64,000 nt of DNA, from contig CM106586.1 of the NCBI GenBank assembly GCA_048013815.1, positions 9,548,001 to 9,612,000 of the forward strand, written 5' to 3'. The DNA comes from Setoptus koraiensis (Eukaryota; Animalia; Arthropoda). A program made the position numbers and the translations under genes. Below, piece after piece: positions 47,760 through 58,800 of the stretch; position 1 is the first letter of the stretch, and the number at the start of each line of letters is the position of its first letter. The notes beneath the pieces were generated by a model, which worked only from the letters and a program-made list of their open reading frames with translations, did not search any database and was not told the DNA's origin.

Positions 47760-50369
47760 TCAGGCCAAATGTAGTTGTGCTGCCGAGTTGATTAGATGCG
47801 ACATTAACGTCGAGCCGGTCAATTGATTGCTGTCGATACCTTGGAGTTTGCTCCGTTCATAATCCTCACAGTAGCATATGAACAGGGCGTCGATAACCAT
47901 CTCATACACCGATAAAAACCAGTGAGCAACAATATATGCGTAAAGTCCCGATATTATTATTGGCGACCAAGAATAATTTAGATGTTCGGTCTTGTCCTCT
48001 AGTAGAAGGAAGGCCAATGCGACAGTGGACACTACCACACATATTTTTGCTATAACCAAGAGAACGCTTCCAAATGATTTGATTGCCAGCAGTTTCAGCG
48101 GATTTGAGGCCAGTATCTTGAATGCTTGTTTGGCTCCCGTCATAAAAGAGTGGCCATGAATGGCTATCTCAACGTAGGCGTCTCTATTGATAATCATGAC
48201 AATGTTGTCAAAGAACCAAATAAAACATTTCCAAAGGTAAGAGCATGATCCACAGCAAGACGTGGATGCCGTATTACGTAGTAGCCCGCCACTAGTGTCT
48301 GGTTCTGCTGGTGATGACGTAACATCGCGACTTTGGAGACAATTGTGTTGGACAAGTAGCTGTATTTGTTTTGCCACAACACGAACCACTTTGAATACTG
48401 CCACCAAAAATGAGCCCAACGCCACAGAGCCCAAATAGTAGAGTATTAGATCGGCTATGGACGAGCCAATAGGTGAGCTAAGATGATATTTTTGTGGCGA
48501 AAAGTACCACTTGCTCACAGCGGATCCAATGACAAAATGTTGACAGGCCAATGCAAAGTGTGACACCCAAAGATAAGCGAATACGTGATACCATTTCATT
48601 AGTTTGTACATGGGTTCCGACTTGAACAGAACGAATCCGGTCCTTGAGTCCAACACTGGCTGTCTTACTGATTGCAAACAAACAAAGCCCATAAACCAGA
48701 TCACCGCGGCGCCCATCAACAACGTATAAGTAAACAATGGCTGAATCAGTAGCAACGGCATATCCGCTAACGCCTTGCCAGACTCTCTAAACAGCATTGT
48801 GACCATCAATATTCGTTTCCTCATGACAAGTATAATCGTTATCGCTATGACGGAGAGAAATGTCAAAAATATAGCACCCAATAGCCATCTGTCTGACGAG
48901 GCCAGCCTGTCTGGCGAGTATCTCAGCGTGCTCGTTGTTGATAATGTCTGCTGATTTGAATAATGTTGCAACTCTGATTGGTTGTTGAGGTCCATTATGA
49001 GCTGATAATAATTCGACCACGAATATGATGTTGTCGCAATCAATAATGATACCACTGTTAGTAGACAGGACCAAATGATGAGACTGGCCAAAAATCTGAG
49101 CAATATCAGCAATAGTAGCGACATTATTAGGCCCAGGCTGAATATGTAAATGAGCTCTTTGTAACATTCGCCAATGTCTGACATAATATCATCAATGAAG
49201 GTGCGAGTGACATTGATGGCATTGGGAAACAGAGCAAAACGCCAATTCTTCGGCATACACCTGTAGAATATCAACTCTATATAATCTGATGGACATTGAT
49301 CTACGCATTCTGTTTTGTATATCAGCTCTTGGTGTCGGAATTCGGGCTCAGAATTCCATGCCATAGACGAATCGTCTGGATCAAATGGATACTGGCGAGG
49401 TTTTCCGGCGTTAGATCTCGACCGATTGTGTTTATGATGTTGATTGATTGTCGTTGCTGAATGGTTCGGTTGTTGGCTCACCAGCAGTTGATTGTTATTA
49501 TCTTGTTCGCTTTGACTGTGACCTTGACTATTGTCCGACTGATGTTCGTTGTAGAGTGCAACCAAACTCTTAGGGTACTGATAGAGTATGCGCGATTCCA
49601 ATTGAGGAGCTGGTGACGAGTTCAGCGACGAAGTGGAATTGTTCGTGGTCGTTTGTTTGTTTGCTTGGTAGGCGTCTCGAGTGTCGTTGATTGAATTTAT
49701 CATCATTAATCTGTCCGATTGATTATATAACAGATTGACAAGAGTGTACTTAGTGTAGGGCTGGCCAGTGTAGTTTTTGCCCGATTGATCTATGCCCTCT
49801 ATCGGCCTGATTGAGTTGTCTCTGCCACAAATGTTACCGTAGCTGTCGTGACCGTGCACAATAATATTCATGTCCACTTGCTTGATGAAAATCGCCTCCC
49901 AGATGATGTAGGCCAAGAAACTCAAGAAGGCAATCATGACGAGCAAAGAGCCCGAATCGCGCACCTTCCTGTGACTGACAGGATAATTCAGTTGCACAAC
50001 GCTGGCCAACGGTAGCAATTGTGCCAAATTTGTCAGTAATTGACCACCAGCGGCCCCATTGTCGCCGGCGCATCTTGCCAAACTCAACGGACTGACATAG
50101 TCCGGTAGTGATGGCCGTGATGCCACTTTGCTGAAATACGATCCAATTGGCCCCAGCGATAAGTTGTTGGTGCTGTCAACTGACAACTTTGTTGTTGGAC
50201 TCGATGTCGACGCTTGTCTACTATTGTTTTGTTCCTGTTCTTCTGCTGCAACTGCCTCTCCGCTGGCCTGCTGTTCTGGCTTGCTATGGATTTGTTTTAT
50301 TATTTGTTCACTGATTGTGGGCAAACTCTGGCCCACTCTGTTGGACACGTGATGCTTCATTTTGCTCAA
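47760..50369 (-). CDS. SLC44A1: Choline transporter-like protein (SLC44/CTL1 family), intronless
   Basis: G.DSYGNICG, multiple TM helices, LGSVALGSFL, AY.EIAIHG..F..GAK.AF, F.SVYEMVIDALFIC.CED. Confidence 0.92.
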   Translation of the reverse strand: MSKMKHHVSNRVGQSLPTISEQIIKQIHSKPEQQASGEAVAAEEQEQNNSRQASTSSPTTKLSVDSTNNLSLGPIGSYFSKVASRPSLPDYVSPLSLARCAGDNGAAGGQLLTNLAQLLPLASVVQLNYPVSHRKVRDSGSLLVMIAFLSFLAYIIWEAIFIKQVDMNIIVHGHDSYGNICGRDNSIRPIEGIDQSGKNYTGQPYTKYTLVNLLYNQSDRLMMINSINDTRDAYQANKQTTTNNSTSSLNSSPAPQLESRILYQYPKSLVALYNEHQSDNSQGHSQSEQDNNNQLLVSQQPNHSATTINQHHKHNRSRSNAGKPRQYPFDPDDSSMAWNSEPEFRHQELIYKTECVDQCPSDYIELIFYRCMPKNWRFALFPNAINVTRTFIDDIMSDIGECYKELIYIFSLGLIMSLLLLILLRFLASLIIWSCLLTVVSLLIATTSYSWSNYYQLIMDLNNQSELQHYSNQQTLSTTSTLRYSPDRLASSDRWLLGAIFLTFLSVIAITIILVMRKRILMVTMLFRESGKALADMPLLLIQPLFTYTLLMGAAVIWFMGFVCLQSVRQPVLDSRTGFVLFKSEPMYKLMKWYHVFAYLWVSHFALACQHFVIGSAVSKWYFSPQKYHLSSPIGSSIADLILYYLGSVALGSFLVAVFKVVRVVAKQIQLLVQHNCLQSRDVTSSPAEPDTSGGLLRNTASTSCCGSCSYLWKCFIWFFDNIVMIINRDAYVEIAIHGHSFMTGAKQAFKILASNPLKLLAIKSFGSVLLVIAKICVVVSTVALAFLLLEDKTEHLNYSWSPIIISGLYAYIVAHWFLSVYEMVIDALFICYCEDYERSKLQGIDSNQLTGSTLMSHLINSAAQLHLA

Positions 50370-51686
50370 ACTACTGTGCTAATTAGACAACTATCTTGAT
50401 AACTTAGACTTGTTACTTGCGTTTGTGTGAGTGTCACCGCGATAAGATTCGCACCTCTTTGTTCAGCGATCTGCTACCGACTGAGTCGATATTGGCCCAC
50501 CAGGTACCCATTATATAGGCCTAATGGTTGTTTTGTGAGGCTGAGGCCGAGACTGAGTGTATTATTAGCGCAAGCAAACAAATTCAAGTTCATCAACCTC
50601 TGGCCTCAAGACCCAGCCTGATTGCTGGGCACGTCCCAACAAACATGGCCGTCTAGTGGCGCAAGTCTGGAGTCAAAGCACTGAAGGGACTGGCCACTAT
50701 AAGTTCATGACAAATGACTGGCGGTGTCATTGACTCGACCACAACTTGAACCATGACTGCCAGTGCGCCATGCAACCACGTTGTTTTGCACGAGCTATCA
50801 TTGTTGCTCGTGCAATTCAATTGTATATTACTGCCTCTATGTAATTTCTTATTGTTATTCATGCATACATACATAATGACAGTTGTTAGCTACTAGCAGC
50901 ACGTGAACACTGACGCACATTGTACCAATCACCATGGCTACCTGTGGTAGCTATTTTTTGTTCAGGTAGAGCTGCCTGACGTAATTGCTCAAGTTCAATG
51001 AATTGAGTGAGTATACCTTCATGGTCACAATGGGACCTCAGTAGCACTATACAGTAGTACTGTAACGAAAGAAAGCTTTCGCACGTGCGCCTGCCTAAAA
51101 CCAACCATATCATGCCGCCAGACTTTACAACTAATCGGTACCTGTCATTACATAATATTGGAATATAACACCATAGTGGCCGATGTGGCATGTGTTCTGC
51201 ATGGACAATCGAAGACTAATAGCTCTAATTGAATACGTACAATAACACTGGTGGGGCTCATGAACTTCCATGTTGAACTCAAAGTTTGCCACTTATTTAG
51301 CAGGCGCTGATGGCTTGTGATATATGCCCGATGTTCTCTCAACTGCCTTTCTACACAATTTTTCGGCCACATCGCTCCACAAAATTTGTCCTACTACATA
51401 GGTGACTGATTTCTGATCAGTCAATAAATACAATGGTGTCTCTACATGACTGTGGGCGCTCATCGTTGTCTTTTCGCTGATGATTCTCATGAAAGTTGGC
51501 GTAGCCATGGCGACCAACGCAACACTCACTTATTGTTGCAAAGTGACAGTTTGTTGTTAATAATGTCACATGTGCTTCCAATGCCCTGTCTTTTTGACTG
51601 GTCTGCTGCAACCGCTCTCCCTCTGTCCTATTCCCACATTGATAATTATTGGTATTTTCCCTACAATTAAAACAATTATAATCATC

Positions 51687-53858
51687 ATGACTTATCAGTT
51701 CGATGACGATAGCGTCCTCGAAGATCTCCTCAATGAACAACTCATAAAAAGGAAATCCTCCTCGTCAGACTCAGTGTCTGCGCGACCAAAACAACTCCCT
51801 GATTCAACCGATCAAATCTCTGGAATGAGATCTCTCAAAAATGTTGCCACGGAAAACAGCACTTCCTCTACAAAATCAGTTAGATTTGAAGAAAGGCGTA
51901 TGTTTAATCAGGGCAAAGGCAGCAAATATCAGGAAAGCTCTGAAAGTGGAAGCGATGGACGTAGTGTTGCCACGAATTCTTTGATACCACGCAGCTCGCC
52001 TTCATCTCTACAAGAAACCTCGCCGAGACTGGATTCAGCAGCGAAAAAATCTAATCAATCTTGGTCCGACATGAAGTCAAATATAGCGGCCCGATCTAGC
52101 AACTCTCAATTGAACGGACAAAGAACTGGTGCATCCTCTTCGGCAGTAACATCCTATATGGATGGCAGAAATGAACTGTCCTCCGATACCCAATCTGATC
52201 AGCGCGCATTCGGCATGTCGGATCAGAGAAATCAAGCTCTGAGCCCGCTGGGTGACATTCAATCTATGACGAAACAAGAATTGATTAGCTTAGTTAAACA
52301 GCAGAGGGAACATCTAAATGTGATGGACATGGAACAGCAACAGTGCAATCAGATCATGAAGAGAATGAGTGAGAAGCGCGAAAGTGAAATGGTTTATTTC
52401 AGAGAGTTATTCGAAACAAAACAGAAACTGTTTGAGGAAACGCAAGGAGACAACTTGAAAAGAATGGAATCAAAGTATCTGCTAGAAATAAAACAATTGG
52501 AGTTGAAATGTGACAATTTAGAATCTATTCGGGCAAGATTGCAAGAGGAATGCTCACAACAAAAAGAATTTTTGGAGACTCAGTATCGAGATCACTTGTC
52601 CAAGATTGAGGCAAATCATGATCGGCAATTGGAGATTTTAGCAGATCAGCACAAAAACGATTTAGCCAGATTGAACAAATTGAAACAGCAAGAGCTTCAG
52701 AGTGTCATTGCCATTCGCGACAACGGAGCCAACTTGGACCGACTACTGCAAGAATGGACAGAGAAGATTCAGCAAGTGTCCGCCGTTTACGACAAAGAAT
52801 TAGACAAACGACAGTGTATATTGGATAAGCAAGCGCAAACGCTAGATGAAAGCAATGAGCAAATTGCTGTTATTACACGAAATCTACACGAATCAAATGT
52901 AGACAATCGCAAACATTATGAAGAATATTCAAATTTGGTCCGAGAGCACGAAACACTATTTGTAGAATTGTCAAAACTGTCCAAGAATATGGTCACTCAA
53001 ATGGAGACATTCAATCAAGAGAGAAAGCAAATTCAATCGGTCAGTGTGCAACAACAGGAGGATATTGCCAAAGAAAGGTCTCAAATTGTAACACATATAG
53101 CCTTGTTTAGCGAAAAGATGCTCTCTATAGAGGAGCAAACTAGAGCTCTGTTACAAAAAGAAAGTGAATTGAATGACAAGGAAAGAAAATTGAAATACGA
53201 TATGGAGATTTTCCAACAAGAACAGCACCTCGAGAGGATCAATAGAAAGGACAATGAAAACAAAATATTGACGTCGCATCTTGATTGTAAGAATAAACAA
53301 CAAGAAATGACACAAGAGGAGGCCAATTTGAAGCGATGGAAGGACGAGCTCAATCAAAAAAATTCAGATCTAGAAAAAGCTAGGGCGGACCTTGAAATCA
53401 AAGGCCAGGAGCTGCGCCATCAAAATTCAGAAGCCATGAGGTTGCGTGACGAGGCCAACAACACCCGAGACGAGGTTGAGAAAGTAAGAAAGGATATATT
53501 AATTAAGGAGAAACTACTGACTAAAATGACGAGGGATTTGGAGGAGAACAAGATGAAGTACTCATTATTATATAAGACGTGTCACGCCGAAATGCGACAA
53601 CTACAACGCTTCAAACAGTCGCTTGTGTGCTCGCTATGCTCCTCGAGATTGTTCTCTGATGGTGCCATGGGAGCAAAAATATCATCAACGCCCAGACCCG
53701 ATATTATAGACAGGCCAAACGATCTATATCGTCATGATTTTCGTTATGAGGCCAAAGAACCTAGCCATGTACTTATTGAAAAGTGGAAAGAGGCAGCTAT
53801 CAAAGATGAGAGGATGCTACGAGAGGAAACAGCGTTTGTTAAAACTATGCTGAGCTGA
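51687..53858 (+). CDS. FBF1: Coiled-coil protein resembling Fas-binding factor 1 (ciliary transition fibre)
   Basis: Acidic DDD..LEDLL N-terminus, long coiled coil, and a C-terminal WK..A.KDE..L.EE..FVKT motif like the FBF1 tail. The first ATG is at 51687. Confidence 0.55.
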   Translation: MTYQFDDDSVLEDLLNEQLIKRKSSSSDSVSARPKQLPDSTDQISGMRSLKNVATENSTSSTKSVRFEERRMFNQGKGSKYQESSESGSDGRSVATNSLIPRSSPSSLQETSPRLDSAAKKSNQSWSDMKSNIAARSSNSQLNGQRTGASSSAVTSYMDGRNELSSDTQSDQRAFGMSDQRNQALSPLGDIQSMTKQELISLVKQQREHLNVMDMEQQQCNQIMKRMSEKRESEMVYFRELFETKQKLFEETQGDNLKRMESKYLLEIKQLELKCDNLESIRARLQEECSQQKEFLETQYRDHLSKIEANHDRQLEILADQHKNDLARLNKLKQQELQSVIAIRDNGANLDRLLQEWTEKIQQVSAVYDKELDKRQCILDKQAQTLDESNEQIAVITRNLHESNVDNRKHYEEYSNLVREHETLFVELSKLSKNMVTQMETFNQERKQIQSVSVQQQEDIAKERSQIVTHIALFSEKMLSIEEQTRALLQKESELNDKERKLKYDMEIFQQEQHLERINRKDNENKILTSHLDCKNKQQEMTQEEANLKRWKDELNQKNSDLEKARADLEIKGQELRHQNSEAMRLRDEANNTRDEVEKVRKDILIKEKLLTKMTRDLEENKMKYSLLYKTCHAEMRQLQRFKQSLVCSLCSSRLFSDGAMGAKISSTPRPDIIDRPNDLYRHDFRYEAKEPSHVLIEKWKEAAIKDERMLREETAFVKTMLS

Positions 53859-54022
53859 TGAAGTAGGATCTCAGCTAACTTTTTTCGAACTCTATGTTTG
53901 TATATTCGTTATCTATAACTTTTTCATTGTTTGATTGAGTGTTGATCCGAGTCTATATTTACCGTACATCATAATGATTCATTCAACATTAATAATAATG
54001 ACATACACTTAGAATGACTTTT

Positions 54023-55810
54023 TTAAGCTCCCAAAGCTGTGAGGGCTTCTTTTGCGAAGAACTTTACATCCTTGTCCACATCTAGATAAAGATCATTCAG
54101 ACACGGTTTCACTTGCTGATTGACCACATTTGATTCTAGGATGGGCCCGATCTTTTGGAGAGTTTTGGCGACATTAAATCTAACATTAGCGACAAAGTCA
54201 TGAGATAGCTTAAGAATTGTGGGCAATAGAAGTTGTTCGGTGATCCTTGGTCCACAAGCCTCCGCTAAAACACTGATACTAAATAAGCAAGTCATACGAT
54301 GAAGGTAATTGCCTTCCTCGGACAATGCCGCTACTCTTGGTAGAACAGTACTTTGAGCCCAATCTTGACCGAATTTCATAACAAGCTGTTTAAGATTCTG
54401 TGTGGCTGCTTCGCGAATGGCGAACACTTGATCTACCAGCCACGTCATGCATAGAGTATTGAGCTTATCATCGAAAAATTCAACTCCTAGCTGGCCGGCC
54501 AATAATGGCATATATTGTATGATAGCCAATCTAACGCGCCACTTTGGATCCTCAGCCAATTCTACGATGGCGGGTAGCAAAGACTGACTAAGTTGTTGTA
54601 TACCAATGACCTCGTTAACACAATCTAGGTTTGATATAATATTCAGCCTGACCTCTGGACAGTCATCTTTCAATTGTGTTAAAAATAAGGGTAATAAATG
54701 ATCAACAGTCAGATCTTTGCCTAATATTGGTGCCAAGCCCATTATGACAGAGGCTAATGCTGATTTAACGTGCTGATTTGCATCGGTCACTAACTCTTTC
54801 ACTGATGGTAATATATCTCTCATAATAGTCTGTTCTTGGTTCGCTTGGGGTAAATTTTGACAAAAATCTCGAACCTTTTGTGCGGCGGCAGCCCTAACTT
54901 CGGCCTCGGCGTCCTTTAGTAGTGCTTGAAACGAGGGCACAAGCCAGGTGATCGTTGCATGTGGTCCAACGGCATTTTGTAAGTCTGTGAATTTTTCCGC
55001 AACCATATAGCGAACACGCCATGATTTATCATCAGCGGCTGACCTCAATAGTGGTACAACGCACCTTTCGATGTCCTCTTGTGATAAAAGATTGGCCACA
55101 ACACAGCATGCCTCAACTGCTAATAATCGTACAGAATCTTGTTCGTCCCAGGCCAATTGGGTCCATAATTTGACCATATCAGTTTTAACATAATCGCGCT
55201 CAAGTACTTTGGCAAATTCGCCCAATTTTGATGCTGCCGATCTTCTAACCATGGGTGTGTCATCCTCGCACAAACGATTGAACGCTTGACGCAATTCCTC
55301 TTTACATTCAGTAGATACTCTACTATAGGCTATACTGAATAGACCACAAGCCGATGTTCGGGACGTGAACCAATCGCCTTGTGCCAATCTTAGCACCAAA
55401 GGAACAAAATGTTCTTCCAAATGTTTGGGTGAATGCTGTTGGGCGATATTTCGCAATGATTCAACTGCCTTATCCCTGACAACCGTCTCCTCTAATGTTG
55501 CCAATGATTCTAATGGTGGTAATAAACAATTAACATATTCGGGTCCTCCAACTAATGGCGTAAACTGGCCTAATTGTTCGGCTAAAGCTAATAATACCTC
55601 ATCCTCATCATAGACAGTATCGGTGAGAAATGGTATTAATTCTGATCGTGTTCGTTCTGTTCCTAATGCCAATGCAATTGTTGATAATTTTTTTATACTA
55701 TTCAATCTTAGTTGTATATCGTCGTTCCTCAATTCATCAATCAACACGGCAATTGGATACAATGAGTCATCTCCTCCAGCAAGGGCACTAGGCATTGCTG
55801 TATCAGTCAT
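54023..55810 (-). CDS. PPP2R1A: PP2A scaffold (A) subunit, intronless
   Basis: [48 protein letters not shown] and a HEAT-repeat series through DKDVKFFA. Confidence 0.98.
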   Translation of the reverse strand: MTDTAMPSALAGGDDSLYPIAVLIDELRNDDIQLRLNSIKKLSTIALALGTERTRSELIPFLTDTVYDEDEVLLALAEQLGQFTPLVGGPEYVNCLLPPLESLATLEETVVRDKAVESLRNIAQQHSPKHLEEHFVPLVLRLAQGDWFTSRTSACGLFSIAYSRVSTECKEELRQAFNRLCEDDTPMVRRSAASKLGEFAKVLERDYVKTDMVKLWTQLAWDEQDSVRLLAVEACCVVANLLSQEDIERCVVPLLRSAADDKSWRVRYMVAEKFTDLQNAVGPHATITWLVPSFQALLKDAEAEVRAAAAQKVRDFCQNLPQANQEQTIMRDILPSVKELVTDANQHVKSALASVIMGLAPILGKDLTVDHLLPLFLTQLKDDCPEVRLNIISNLDCVNEVIGIQQLSQSLLPAIVELAEDPKWRVRLAIIQYMPLLAGQLGVEFFDDKLNTLCMTWLVDQVFAIREAATQNLKQLVMKFGQDWAQSTVLPRVAALSEEGNYLHRMTCLFSISVLAEACGPRITEQLLLPTILKLSHDFVANVRFNVAKTLQKIGPILESNVVNQQVKPCLNDLYLDVDKDVKFFAKEALTALGA

Positions 55811-58800
55811 GATTGTTGTAATTGTTGTTGCTGTGATGTTGCTGGTATAACTGTTGTGTGTATTTGTGATTATTATTGATAATTGTAACTGTTAGCTTGT
55901 TGTTGTTAGACCGAATGGATACCTGGAAATAAGTGTGTGTATATATATATATTTATATAATTATAATTTACAAGTGTGCGTGCATGGTATACAGCAGAAT
56001 ATATCATCGAAGGTATAATATGATAATAATATAATACAGCATATAATAATAATAATAATTAACAATCGACCATTTGCCAAATACATCGTTGACCGCCGTG
56101 CGCCTGTGCAGTACAATGCGCGCACAATTCAAATGAATGAAAAAACGAGCGAAAGTTGACAGACGGTTCGAGTAGCATTTTGCATTGGCATTTTGTTTCT
56201 AGTTGCAATTGAGATTGCAAATTGTGAACAGGTTGCCCGGCAATCGTCGAAATGGATGGACATGCTCCAAGTAGGATAAGTTTTGTTAGTGGTGACTGAT
56301 TAGCCTGCCTCCGGAGCGATCGAACAAGACGAATGTGGCTTGTGAGGCCCCATCAGGGCAACAGTGAGCATCGTCGCCGGACATTGCCGCCTTGAAAATG
56401 TGCCCGGTGCTTTGTTCGTTGTTTTGCTATTAGTTGTCACTCTTAGTGGTGGCCCGGTTTGGGGGCCAGGCCAGAGTTGTGTCACTGGAGAAATCGGTTC
56501 GAGAAAGAAGCAAGATTAACCATTACGACAATCATCATTTGAGCCGTGCCTCGGCTACACCGCCCTACTGGCACCCAGCAACAACAACAACAACAAACTG
56601 TCTTGGCGGCGAAATTCCATTCCACCTTGCTGGCTCACCTCTCTCCGGCTCTAATTGAATATATGCAGGCTGTGTAGTGCAGTGGCGATCAGGCACGTTT
56701 GGTGCCTACTCGGCAAGTTGCAACTGTGTTTGAATGTTTGTCCCTTTGACTCATTGGCGGCGGTTGTTGTTCGGTTGGTCGAGAGGAGGAGGAGGTGCTC
56801 ATAAAGAGCGGTCAAATGAAGATTATATAAGATTACGATCATCATTATTTGCTAGCTCACTAAGTCTGACTTGGCCGGCTCGAATTGGACCGCGGCTGGG
56901 ATTATCATTTTGATTATGATTGAGGCCCCTCTCTCGGTTTGTCCATTAAGAGAAAGACTGACTGACTGGCTGGCTGACTGGCTGGCTGGCTGGCGTCGTG
57001 TTCGCTATAGGACATGTCCGCAACAGCAACACGAGCCGGCAGTGATATTGGCACTGGTGGCCATTTTGGTTTATCACGTAACGTATTAGCAACACGAGCA
57101 AAGCCGCCCCGAGGAAGCCAAAGCAACGATGACGACTTTGCTGCCACTGGACAAATCTGAGCAATCTACATTGCGCTGGCACGACATGTATCTCGGCCAA
57201 GTTGCAGTTCATCTCACAGCAGCAGCAGCCAGCCAGCCAGCCAGCACCGACTGAGATTGGACTGGTGAGATAATATTGGCACCGCTGGCAAATCACATAC
57301 ATGTAGACGACGCGATTACTCGCATAGCTGGCGCTGCCGCGCCGGGCAGTAGCCAATTGGAGTGGGCTGCACTTTTCAATTTGATCCAAATCCAATGTGA
57401 TGTGCATGACGTGAGCACCGTTGTCGTTGTTGTTGCTGTTGCCGTCGGCACCGATGAGAGAAAGCTGAAAATGGCCAATATAATAGTAAGATGAGTGGCG
57501 CACGCTGTTTTTCACGTGCTGTCACGTGCTGCACGAGCCGCGGCCAGACAACAAGAGGGCTCCTTGGCCTCATTTAGTGCGTGGTGTGTTTGTTGAATTT
57601 GTTGGCCCGTCATCCGGCCCGTCGTCTCACTCGGCGAATCATCGATCATCTTCAGTTTGGGCGCCACGAGGCCCGCACAGTGAAGATTTTTGTTCTTCGC
57701 TCTGCCCGTCGAAGGGTCTGTGTTCTGTCTGTGTCTGAAGAGAGACTCGGGCATTATCATATTATCATATTGAGCGTGGCCAGTTCATTCGCAAATCACA
57801 CATCATCATCATTGTTGTTGTTGCAATTGAGCGTCTCTTCGTGTTACTGCCAACTTGCCAGTGCCAAGGATAAATGAACGAACGGCGCGCGTCATTACCA
57901 CGGCAAATCATTAATGGCTCCGATTGTCATGACATCGACACGGTTCGCAACGAGCCAATGGGGCCCGCTCGCGACTCCACTGTGCCCACCATGCCGACCG
58001 TGCCGACTGTGGGAACGGCCACTTGTGTGTCAGCGTCTGCAAGGTGCAATTAATGCCGATGGCCGGCCCGGCCCCGGCAGCAATCAGATTGCGCACGAAG
58101 CCGAACGAGAGGAAATAGGAGAGAGAGAGAGAGAGAGAGAGAGCGGCACGAACGAGCAGCGTCTTGGTCATCCATCCTAATTTAACTAGCTTCACTGGCC
58201 AGCGACAGCGATCATGTGATCAATCATGGCCGATAGTGGCCGCTCGGGCCCGTCTGGCGCTGTTGGGGCCCGCCTGGCGCGGCCGTGCGGAGTAAATGGG
58301 GGCGTCAGTCAATCGACATAACAGTAATTTGTGGTAGTTTATTTGGTGTTGTTACAAACAGTTGGATTGGATGTGCCACTGCACAGTGCATTACATACAG
58401 TGATACAGTGGGCCGTAGTTGATAATATACATGATCAAGCGGATGCGGATATCACACACTCACTGTTGCTGATTGTGATAGACATGATGAAAAGACAACC
58501 ATGCTGACTGAATGATTTATAACAATTAATTGGTGTGTATCGCTGGCTGGTTAGTCGTTGTTGTTGTTTGGGCCAAATTGATGACGCAAGCGACACAGGT
58601 AACAGCAACACAGTAAAACAACAATACTGTGGCAAATAGCGGTTGTTGGCACTGAATAAGACAGACGAGGGGCCGACGAGGACGAATGATAAGCGGATTC
58701 CAGTTGCTTGGGTTGATCGTTGCGATGCGCCGGCTGCTTGCCGGGCGCACCTCCCGCTCCCGTGCCTCGCTGGGGGTACCTGGTGGCGGGGCCATTGGGC

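Noticed and set aside
50886-51620. Several minus-strand ORFs between CTL1 and FBF1-like
   Set aside because: Frames switch repeatedly and no family is recognised; not supportable as a gene.
51570-51686. ORF-track N-terminal extension of the FBF1-like protein
   Set aside because: It starts at a non-ATG codon in UTR-like sequence; the first ATG is at 51687.
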